From the NCBI GenBank assembly GCA_024239015.1, contig JANBVM010000004.1, positions 1 through 43,805 of the forward strand: DNA of 43,805 bases, given 5' to 3'. The position numbers were made by a program, and so were the translations under genes. The notes beneath the pieces are model-generated. The model was not told the DNA's origin, made no database searches, and saw only the letters and a program-made list of their open reading frames with translations. This document shows positions 17,942 to 25,337 of the stretch, in pieces. The DNA comes from Patescibacteria group bacterium. Its GTDB lineage: Bacteria; Patescibacteriota; Minisyncoccia; Minisyncoccales; JANBVM01. Each line of letters starts with the position of its first letter. The stretch's first letter is position 1.

Positions 17942-18217
17942 ATGGGTTTAAATAAAATTCTTAAAATTCTAATAATTATAGCTCTTATTTGGGTTGCTTT
18001 TTCGATATCAGGCGCTAGGATATTAGTTTCAGAGGTAAAAGTTAAACCTGGGCAAGAATACTATGTTGAGGGATGGGGGAACTTGGGAGAGGCTAGTCAG
18101 ACCCAATTAGTTTGCAGATATTTTAATGGCAGAAAAATATTAACCAAAGTTTTATGGTATTCGTCAAACAACATTTTAGGTAGGGACTCTTGTCCATTTT
18201 TGTATAGTTCCCAATAA
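17942..18217 (+). CDS. Small secreted/membrane hypothetical protein with two Cys
   Basis: N-terminal hydrophobic helix; LVCRYFNG...SCPF. Confidence 0.7.
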   Translation: MGLNKILKILIIIALIWVAFSISGARILVSEVKVKPGQEYYVEGWGNLGEASQTQLVCRYFNGRKILTKVLWYSSNNILGRDSCPFLYSSQ

Positions 18218-18226
18218 AGGTTTTAG

Positions 18227-18523
18227 ATGAAAGAAAAAATTAAGAAGTATTTGATTCTCATAATGATTATTGGAGGATTGTTTGCCTTCAATACCTTAAC
18301 ATTTGCCCATCCTGGAAGAACAGCAGCTGATGGTTGTCATTATTGTAGAACCAATTGTAGCTCCTGGGGGGTTGCTTGGAATCAAAGACATTGTCATGGA
18401 GTAAGGGCATTACCTCAAGCCGAGGTTCCTAAAGAAGGTAGCGACGGTTCTTTTTGGGGGTGGATAATTGGATTAGGTGTTGTAGGTTATATCTATTATA
18501 TTTCCAAAAATAGAAATGAATAA
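18227..18523 (+). CDS. YHYH-like His/Cys-rich membrane-anchored protein
   Basis: Signal peptide, then HPGRTAADGCHYCRTNC...RHCH, then a C-terminal TM helix. Confidence 0.75.
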   Translation: MKEKIKKYLILIMIIGGLFAFNTLTFAHPGRTAADGCHYCRTNCSSWGVAWNQRHCHGVRALPQAEVPKEGSDGSFWGWIIGLGVVGYIYYISKNRNE

Positions 18524-18845
18524 AGAAGTTATAAGAAATAAAAATATTGCCTCTGGAATTGCCACTCTAATGCTTTTACTGGCCATGCCTTCAGGAATAT
18601 GGCCTTATGGTTATTATGTTCTCCTGCGTTGGGTGGTTGCTGGAGCAGCTGTCTTTATATGGTGGGTAGCCTCCGAATTAGAAAGAAAGAACTGGAGCTG
18701 GCTAATGATAGGGATTGCTATTCTTTTTAATCCTTTAATTCCTATTTATCTTGATAAAGGAGTTTGGGTGGTAATTGATTTTATTGTTGCTATTTTATTC
18801 TTAATAGCTATATTTAAATTAGGAGAGTCGGAGACTAATAAGTAA
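18516..18845 (+). CDS. DUF6804-family membrane protein
   Basis: WPYGYYVLLRWVV and ILFNPLIPIYL motifs; four TM helices. Confidence 0.78.
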   Translation: MNKEVIRNKNIASGIATLMLLLAMPSGIWPYGYYVLLRWVVAGAAVFIWWVASELERKNWSWLMIGIAILFNPLIPIYLDKGVWVVIDFIVAILFLIAIFKLGESETNK

Positions 18846-18863
18846 TTTAGTGGATATTGGGAA

Positions 18864-19235
18864 ATGCCAGAAACAAAAAAATCAATTCTATCTGTAGTAG
18901 CCCCAATCACCGCATTCATTATTGCCTATGCTCTAGCTAGATATTTGGGGTTGGTCTTTCTCCTTTTTTTATTAACAGGGTACGCTGGCCATTGGTTTGC
19001 TAATTGGTATTCAAAAAGAGAAAATCAAAGCTATAAATTAAAGAATGTCATTTGTTGGTCTAATGTAGTCACTTGGATCTCTCCAGTGGTAGGAGTCGGT
19101 ATGGGAATAATGGCATACGGATTCGGTAAAACCGAGAATAATAAAAAATATAGAAACTTAGGAATATTTGGTCTGACCTTATCAATTGTTAACGGACTAC
19201 TTGGAGTGTATCTTAGATATATTAGTTATATTTGA
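18864..19235 (+). CDS. Hypothetical membrane protein
   Basis: 123 aa with about four hydrophobic helices, co-oriented with its neighbours. Confidence 0.7.
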   Translation: MPETKKSILSVVAPITAFIIAYALARYLGLVFLLFLLTGYAGHWFANWYSKRENQSYKLKNVICWSNVVTWISPVVGVGMGIMAYGFGKTENNKKYRNLGIFGLTLSIVNGLLGVYLRYISYI

Positions 19236-19298
19236 TTGTTACTCAATGGCTATTAAACCCTAGTCTCAAAATTGAGAATTTAAAAATGAGAACAAAAA

Positions 19299-19320
19299 GC
19301 CCAGCTGCTGGGCATTTTTT
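19299..19320 (+). terminator. Rho-independent terminator
   Basis: GCCCAG-ctg-CTGGGC followed by a T-run and preceded by an A-run. Confidence 0.7.
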
Positions 19321-19397
19321 ACAAAAAAGTAAACGTGATATGCTAAATAAAGAGGTGAGCGAGGGTTGCTAAAACAGTACAACCCTCGCCGCTTCGG

Positions 19398-19559
19398 TTA
19401 GCTTCTACAGTTTTTTGAATCACGCTTAGCTAAACACTCATTACACCATTCTCCACTACTGGGTCTTGAATATCTTTCCCCGTAGTTAGAAATTGGCCAG
19501 TTTGAGCAGTTTCTGCAGAAGTGCCAGGTATCGTGCCCCTTTCTTTTTCTGTAAGTCAT
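19398..19559 (-). CDS. Unannotated 53-aa Cys/His (zinc-finger-like) protein
   Basis: Manual translation: MTYRKRKGHDTWHFCRNCSNWPISNYGERYSRPSSGEWCNECLAKRDSKNCRS*, with HxCxxC and CxxC motifs. Upstream promoter TTGACA (19701-19696), 17 bp, TAAGGT. Confidence 0.78.
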   Translation of the reverse strand: MTYRKRKGHDTWHFCRNCSNWPISNYGERYSRPSSGEWCNECLAKRDSKNCRS

Positions 19560-19672
19560 CTAGGTAAAGTTAATTTTAGGTTAATTATTTATTTCTTCAA
19601 GCAAAGACCTTGAGAGCCTTTTTAAAAGGTGCTTGGTTTTTGTTTTTATTAAAAGAACTCCCTTTCTCAATC

Positions 19673-19752
19673 ACCTTAGGTTATTTTTCAACTGGTGTCA
19701 AGTTTAAGGACTTACTAGGTTTCCTTGTATTATTTTTAGAACATGCTATAGT
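19673..19752. promoter_or_regulatory. Divergent promoter pair
   Basis: Minus strand: TTGACA-17-TAAGGT. Plus strand: extended -10 TGcTATAGT (19744-19752), 8 nt before the repressor ATG. Confidence 0.55.
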
Positions 19753-19760
19753 GTGATTAT

Positions 19761-20429
19761 ATGATGCATTTAATCCAAGAAGAGCTTTTGAAGCTTTCTA
19801 AAAAAAAGAATCTTGCCAAGCTTAGCCTTAGAGAAATGGCTAAGTTAATTGGGATGCCTAACCAATCGCCACAGAAGATTAAACATCACCTTCTCCAGCT
19901 TCAAAAGAAGGGATTTTTAAAGATTGATAGAATAAAGGGAGTGATGAAACGTACTTCTTCTACCCCTGATTGGGCTAAAGGGTTGCTTAATAAATCCGCA
20001 CGGCTTTTTTCAATTCCAGTTGTTGGAACAGCAAACTGTGGTCCACCAACAATCTTTGCAGAAGAAAATTTTCAGGGATTTTTACGTGTATCTAATAAAT
20101 TGATTAAACGTTCAAGACCAGATGGTCTTTATGCCATTAAGGCTGATGGCTCATCCATGAATCGAGCAAAAATAGAAGGAATATCTCTTGAAGATGGTGA
20201 TTTTGCTATAGTTGACAAAGAAGATAAAAATGTAGTAAATCAAGATATTGTGCTTGTAATCATTGATGATGTGGCGACCATTAAACGATTTATAGATGAT
20301 AGGCAAAATGGCCAAATTGTTCTTAAGGCAGACTCTTCTTTTGATTATGATCCTATTTATCTTCACGAAGATGATGACTTTAGTGTCTGCGGGAAAATTA
20401 TTCAGATTATTAAAAAGCCGAAGAATTGA
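19761..20429 (+). CDS. LexA/CI-like repressor with an S24 autopeptidase domain
   Basis: N-terminal HTH (LSLREMAKLIG...HLLQLQKKG), IPVVGTANCG cleavage site, catalytic Ser (GSSM) and Lys (ATIKRF). Confidence 0.9.
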   Translation: MMHLIQEELLKLSKKKNLAKLSLREMAKLIGMPNQSPQKIKHHLLQLQKKGFLKIDRIKGVMKRTSSTPDWAKGLLNKSARLFSIPVVGTANCGPPTIFAEENFQGFLRVSNKLIKRSRPDGLYAIKADGSSMNRAKIEGISLEDGDFAIVDKEDKNVVNQDIVLVIIDDVATIKRFIDDRQNGQIVLKADSSFDYDPIYLHEDDDFSVCGKIIQIIKKPKN

Positions 20430-20488
20430 TTAATAATAAAGTAAGTTTTAGACTAAGGGGTAAATTAATTTCGTAACAAACAACTCAT

Positions 20489-21676
20489 ATGAATAAAAAA
20501 ATAAAAAAACAATCTAAAAAAAATCAGATAGAAACTATTAAAAACAGTAAGAGAACTTATATAAGTCAATCTGATATTCCTAGATACCAGCTTTCACAAG
20601 CATTAAGGGTTGCAAATGCAATTGCTGATAATTATGGAAAAAAGCCCACCAGACCGCTTCGGGTTGCAGAAGCAATGGAAGTCTTACCAGCTTCGAGTAA
20701 TTTCAGAATGTTATGTGGAGCTTCCATCGCTTACGGTCTTACAGAGGGTGGGTACAACGCGAATTTAATATCATTAACGCCATTAGCAAAAAGGATTGTT
20801 GCTCCGACTGTCGATGGAGACGATTTATCCGCAAAACAAGAAGCAATACTAAAACCTAAAATTATTAGAGAATTTTTGACAAAATATGACACCTCTTCTC
20901 TTCCTGCGGAAAAAATTGGTTATAATGTTCTTGAAGAGATGGGGGTTCCAACTGTAAAAACTAAAGAAACCTTTGACCTCATTTTAAAATCCGCTAAAGA
21001 AGTTGGTTTTATTCGAGAGATGAAAGGTAAAAATTTTGTTGATTTGAGCGTTACCTCGGGAACAAAAGAAAATAATAATGGTGAAACAGTATCGCCAGAT
21101 GAATCAGAAAACATTACAGATGAAATAGGGGATCAAAATAATTTAGACTTGGCTCCATCTGATGACCAGACAAAAGAGACCATGAAACAAACTGGGGATG
21201 TGAAAAAACGACTCCAACGAGTATTTATAACCCACGGGAAAAACCAAGCTTTTATAAGTCCTATAAAAAAGTTCTTAATATTTGGTGGCTTTGAACCTGT
21301 GGTGGCAGTAGAAAGGCAGACCACTTCTCAACCTGTACCTGAAAAAATAATAGGTGAAATGCAAAGTTGTGGTGCAGCTATAATTCATATTGAAGCAGAG
21401 CAAAAATTGATCAGTACAAAGGGGAAGGAACAAGTAATTTTGAACCCAAATGTTTTAGTTGAGATTGGTGCCGCAATGGCTCTTTATGGAAAAAGATTTG
21501 TACTTTTAGTAAAAGAGGGGGTTGATTTGCCTTCAAACTTGCAAGGATTATATCAGGTTCGATATTCTAATAGTTCATTGAGCAGTGGAGAGACTATTAA
21601 ACTTTTGGAAGCAATTAATGATATTAAAAACCATTCGTTACCAGGATTTTTAAAGGGAAATCAAGATTCAATTTAA
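20489..21676 (+). CDS. TIR-like nucleotide-binding domain protein (Cap12/PycTIR-type TIR) with an N-terminal helical or winged-helix region
   Basis: C-terminal RVFITHG, NPNVLVEIG and LPSNLQG motifs, joined by an acidic linker to a roughly 190-aa N-terminal region. Confidence 0.85.
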   Translation: MNKKIKKQSKKNQIETIKNSKRTYISQSDIPRYQLSQALRVANAIADNYGKKPTRPLRVAEAMEVLPASSNFRMLCGASIAYGLTEGGYNANLISLTPLAKRIVAPTVDGDDLSAKQEAILKPKIIREFLTKYDTSSLPAEKIGYNVLEEMGVPTVKTKETFDLILKSAKEVGFIREMKGKNFVDLSVTSGTKENNNGETVSPDESENITDEIGDQNNLDLAPSDDQTKETMKQTGDVKKRLQRVFITHGKNQAFISPIKKFLIFGGFEPVVAVERQTTSQPVPEKIIGEMQSCGAAIIHIEAEQKLISTKGKEQVILNPNVLVEIGAAMALYGKRFVLLVKEGVDLPSNLQGLYQVRYSNSSLSSGETIKLLEAINDIKNHSLPGFLKGNQDSI

Positions 21677-21906
21677 TAAGATTTCCTCTAATTTTTATCT
21701 AATCAATGATTCTAAATACGTTGTTCAATGGGTAAAGCTAATTCCAAACTCCTATGAAACCTTTTAATTTCCAATAGCTTCTCCCTCATCATTACCATAT
21801 AGTCTTTATTCTCTAAAATTATAATAAGCTTTGAATTAGGACGGTGTCCTTAATAATAGTAAATGAATTTTGACATTTTTCTTAGAGAAGAATACAATGA
21901 AAATAT

Positions 21907-22125
21907 ATGAGCAAAATTGTTGCCATCCCAAAACAGTTATCAAAAAAGGGAGAATTAGTTATAATACCCCGTTCTGATTACGAAGAGCTTTTACGCTTGA
22001 AAAAGGTCATTCCTTTAGTGAAACCGACTCTATCTGAAAAAAAAGCAATTCAATCTGGAAGAAGAGAAATTAAAAGAAAAAAGTATTTGACTCTTAAACA
22101 ACTAAAAGATGAGCTGGAGGATTAG
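21907..22125 (+). CDS. Putative type II antitoxin
   Basis: 72 aa, ELVIIPRSDYEEL...GRREIK..YLTL, overlapping the downstream toxin start. Confidence 0.7.
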   Translation: MSKIVAIPKQLSKKGELVIIPRSDYEELLRLKKVIPLVKPTLSEKKAIQSGRREIKRKKYLTLKQLKDELED

Positions 22126-22378
22126 AGTTGCAAAAAGAGTTTCAAAGGAGGTAAAACGAATCCCTAAGAAAGACGCAAAGCGTCTTTTATCTGTCTTGGA
22201 GGAGCTAGCAGAAAATCCTTATCAAGGAGATATTGAGAAAATCAAAGATGAAGATAATGTGTGGCGACGGAGGGTAGGTAGCTACAGAGTCCTTTACGAA
22301 GTGGTACCGAAAAGAAAGTTTTTAAACGTTTTCCAAATCAGCAGAAGAACTACCACCACTTATCATAAAAGAGCGTGA
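22109..22378 (+). CDS. RelE/ParE-family toxin
   Basis: 89 aa basic protein with ENP, WRRRVGSYRVLY and C-terminal RR...Y motifs. Confidence 0.9.
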   Translation: MSWRIRVAKRVSKEVKRIPKKDAKRLLSVLEELAENPYQGDIEKIKDEDNVWRRRVGSYRVLYEVVPKRKFLNVFQISRRTTTTYHKRA

Positions 22379-22511
22379 GTAAATCAAGAAATCATTCAAC
22401 CTCATACTTTTTCCTACAGATAAAATAACATTAATCCTTTGACGAAAAGCGAATTATAGTTTATAAATAAGACGGCAATTTAACAAATTTTAATAAGAAG
22501 GAGGTTATGAA

Positions 22512-22661
22512 TTGTCGTTTGATAAAGGTGAAAGAGTTAATAAGTACTACAGAAGAGTAGCTAACAAAGATAAACACGAAGAAAAAAAGATTGAAAGAGG
22601 AGAAAACAGAAAAATGATCCCACCTTCTAAAAAAATGGGAAGAGGTAAAACCAATAGTTAA
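22512..22661 (+). CDS. Unannotated 49-aa basic peptide
   Basis: SD GGAGG 7 nt before a TTG; MSFDKGERVNKYYRRVANKDKHEEKKIERGENRKMIPPSKKMGRGKTNS*. Promoter TTGACG-17-TATAAA upstream, terminator GGTGC-acta-GCACC downstream. Confidence 0.55.
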   Translation: MSFDKGERVNKYYRRVANKDKHEEKKIERGENRKMIPPSKKMGRGKTNS

Positions 22662-22690
22662 AAAAAACGGTGCACTAGCACCATTTTTTA
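22662..22690. terminator. Bidirectional terminator
   Basis: A-run, GGTGC-acta-GCACC, T-run, between convergent ORFs. Confidence 0.6.
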
Positions 22691-22714
22691 TTTCCTTAAT
22701 TTTTTAAAAAGGAA

Positions 22715-22945
22715 TTACTGAGACTCTGATTCTTTGTGCATTCCGTGCTCTTTGTGCATTCCGTGTCCTTTTTGACCCCAGCTGCAACACCAACAACGAC
22801 TACCACGCTTTTTAAAGAAAAACGATAAACCAAGAAGAATCAGTAAAATTGGCCAAAGCATTCCCCATGCTCCAGCGGCTATAAAGCCCATATTTTGGAG
22901 AAGGAAAATTAAACCAATTATTATAAGTAAAATTGCGAAATACAT
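22715..22945 (-). CDS. DUF5668/LiaI-LiaF-like small membrane protein with Cys/His tail
   Basis: LIIIGLIFLLQNMG...LWPILLILLG, then CWCC and a repeated HGMHKE. Extended -10 TGcTATAAT upstream. Confidence 0.78.
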   Translation of the reverse strand: MYFAILLIIIGLIFLLQNMGFIAAGAWGMLWPILLILLGLSFFFKKRGSRCWCCSWGQKGHGMHKEHGMHKESESQ

Positions 22946-23084
22946 TTTATTATTGTGTAGTTTAAAGTTAGCTACGACCTTTATTGAATTATAGCAAATA
23001 TTCTTTAAGTAATAAAAGAGGTAAGTTATTAACTTTTGTTATGAGCAAAGCCGTCGAGAAATTTTTTGACCGCAAGCCTTAATT

Positions 23085-23705
23085 TTGGTATATTTTTTTA
23101 ACAACTGGATTATGGATAAAAACTATTTACTTCAGGTCACAAATGAAATCTATCGCATAACTTTACTTTTTCCCAAAAAGGAGCCCTTAAGATATAGGAT
23201 GAGGGAGGTGGCTGACGATGTTTTATCTGGATTTATTTCTATTACGATTGATGCTGATCCAAAGATTAAATCCGCAAGGATCAACGACTTAGAAAGGAAT
23301 GCCGAAATTATCAATAGTTTTTTAGAACTTGCAAAAACCCAAAATTGGGTTAAGTCTCCTGACATATTGAGACTACAAGAAGAGTATAGTAGAATAGGGG
23401 AAGAGTTAGAAAAATTTAGAACAGAAAAAGAGACTGAAGAATTACCCAAAGAAACAGCAGATATTGCACTTCCGCTGGTTTCTGTGTCAAAAGATGATAA
23501 GGTTGATATACCTGACCGTCAAGAAAAGATTTTAGAGATTTTAAAAGAAAAAGGAAGAGCTCAGGTTTGGGAGATAAAGGGTCTCCTTCCAGAGGTAAGC
23601 AAAAGAACTTTGAGGAGAGATTTTAATAGTTTAGTCAAAGAGGGCCTGGTACAAAGGATGGGCGAAAGAAATGAGACTTTCTATCAGATTATTGATAGGT
23701 CATAA
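23085..23705 (+). CDS. Four-helix-bundle plus DeoR-type winged HTH protein (likely start ATG at 23112)
   Basis: N-terminal YRITLLFPKKEPLR helix bundle; C-terminal RQEKIL...VSKRTLRRD...L HTH. Confidence 0.8.
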   Translation: MVYFFNNWIMDKNYLLQVTNEIYRITLLFPKKEPLRYRMREVADDVLSGFISITIDADPKIKSARINDLERNAEIINSFLELAKTQNWVKSPDILRLQEEYSRIGEELEKFRTEKETEELPKETADIALPLVSVSKDDKVDIPDRQEKILEILKEKGRAQVWEIKGLLPEVSKRTLRRDFNSLVKEGLVQRMGERNETFYQIIDRS

Positions 23706-23789
23706 ATAGGACAGCGGTAATTTATTTAGTAGGACGCGTTATGTCCTACTATTTCATATCTCTTCTCTAGAACAAAAATAGGGAATTTT

Positions 23790-24293
23790 ATGGAAAGAAA
23801 AAAAAGATTATTTAGTAAAATATACGACAAATACATAGATAAAATATATGGTTTTACCTTCTTTAAGGTAAACTCTCAAGAAATAGCTGAGGATTTGACT
23901 TCTGAGGCTTTCTCAAGAACATGGGCTGTTTTTAGAAAAAAAGACAAAGAGATTGATAATATTCAAGCATTTTTGTATAAGACCGCCAAAAATTTAGTAA
24001 TTGATCACTATCGGCAAAAAGGGAAAACTCAGGTAGTATCGACTGAAGATATCTCTATTGCCGATCCAAGACATAATTTGGAAGAAGAAGCTATATTAAA
24101 TTCAGACGTTGATAATATAAAAGAAATCTTGTATACCTTAAAAGAAGACTATCAGAACGTTATTATCTGGTATTATCTGGATGACCTATCAATTTCTGAG
24201 ATATCTAATGTATTAGGTAGGACAAAAGAGACTACTCGTGTCCTACTACACAGAGCTCTGAATGCATTAAAGGTTAAAATTAAAGAGAATTGA
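23790..24293 (+). CDS. ECF-type RNA polymerase sigma factor
   Basis: Region 2 (AEDLTSEAF, FLYKTAKNLVIDHYR) and region 4 (LSISEIS...RVLLHRAL) only. Confidence 0.93.
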   Translation: MERKKRLFSKIYDKYIDKIYGFTFFKVNSQEIAEDLTSEAFSRTWAVFRKKDKEIDNIQAFLYKTAKNLVIDHYRQKGKTQVVSTEDISIADPRHNLEEEAILNSDVDNIKEILYTLKEDYQNVIIWYYLDDLSISEISNVLGRTKETTRVLLHRALNALKVKIKEN

Positions 24294-24339
24294 TTCTTTT
24301 TAGCGTTAGTTAATTTGGTAGGTTGATAAACTTCAGAAG

Positions 24340-24365
24340 TGTAACAAAAATGACCTTTTTACGTC
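24340..24365 (+). promoter_or_regulatory. ECF-sigma-type promoter
   Basis: TGTAAC, 16 bp spacer, CGTC, matching the AAC...CGT ECF pattern. Confidence 0.6.
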
Positions 24366-24405
24366 ATAAATCTAGGTAAGGGTAAAAAAGCCTTTATTTC
24401 GTTTT

Positions 24406-25110
24406 TTGACTACATTTTTTGTGACAACATCTCAATTAATTAGGAAAATTAAAGAATTGAAGGGGGTAAAGCCCAATCAAGACTGGGTCTTACTTACTAA
24501 AAAACAGATATTGGGAGAAGAAGTAACCCCTGAATTGTTCCCATTCCTGAGGCCAGCTTATGCTGGTTTGTTTGCCTTGTTTCTACTATTGGGTCTCTTC
24601 GAATTCTCTCAGGGAGCCCTGCCTGGTGAATCTCTGTATTATTTCAAGAAGATTGTTGAAAGGGGCCAGATAATTATTTCGTCTGAAGAGGCAAGGCCCA
24701 GTTTCAATCTTGAGTTAGCCAATAAGAGATTAGAAGAATTGAATGAGATTGCCCTGGGTAATGAAGCAAAGAAATTAGCGCCAGCCATGCATGAATTTCA
24801 GATCAAAGTTGCAGAAGCTGCAGAGAACCTGACAAAAGTAAAGAAAATTAATAAAGAGATTGTTTTTCAAACCCAAAAATTAGAGGAAAATAAAGAGAAG
24901 GTGGAAAAAGTTTTGGCAGCAAAAATTGATACCGATGACTACGATACTGCTTTGTCCCAGCTAGTTGAAAGTCAGATTTTAGATTTAGAACAAAGAACGT
25001 TAAGCGAAGAAGATCAAGAAATTTTAGAAGCTGTAAGACAAGATTTTGAATCAGGCAATTATTCTGAAGCTTTGATAGGAATTTTGGATCTAAGCCAGAA
25101 CGATCTTTAG
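24406..25110 (+). CDS. DUF5667-domain membrane protein, possible anti-sigma factor
   Basis: Single TM helix followed by ALPGESLYYFKK and KRLEEL motifs; directly downstream of the ECF sigma. Confidence 0.75.
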   Translation: MTTFFVTTSQLIRKIKELKGVKPNQDWVLLTKKQILGEEVTPELFPFLRPAYAGLFALFLLLGLFEFSQGALPGESLYYFKKIVERGQIIISSEEARPSFNLELANKRLEELNEIALGNEAKKLAPAMHEFQIKVAEAAENLTKVKKINKEIVFQTQKLEENKEKVEKVLAAKIDTDDYDTALSQLVESQILDLEQRTLSEEDQEILEAVRQDFESGNYSEALIGILDLSQNDL

Positions 25111-25174
25111 GAGGTAATTTTATCATTAAAAGTTTTCCACAAGTATTTTTTTGACAATTTGATACAATATAAAA

Positions 25175-25300
25175 TTGGAAGTCGCAGTTCGTGACTGATA
25201 GCTAGGGTCGCGAACAATTCCTTTCTTAGATAGAACTCAATTGGTTGAGATTCTAACTTTGTGTTCTACTAAAAAGGAATAAAGTGGTCGACGCGACAAA
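25175..25300 (+). promoter_or_regulatory. Structured 5' leader of the surface-protein gene
   Basis: GTCGC/GCGAC closes two stems: GTTCGTGACT/GGTCGCGAAC and ATTCCTTT..TAGAAC/GTTCTA..AAAGGAAT. Extended -10 TGaTACAAT at 25160-25168. Confidence 0.55.
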
Positions 25301-25337
25301 AGTAATAATAAATTAATCACTTAAAAGAATAAAAAGA

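Noticed and set aside
21690-21800. Short minus-strand ORF fragment (MVMMREKLLEIKR...)
   Set aside because: Under 30 codons, with no recognisable motif or RBS; at most a remnant.
17500-22700. Intact prophage or integrative element
   Set aside because: No integrase, terminase, structural or replication genes, and no flanking att repeats were seen.
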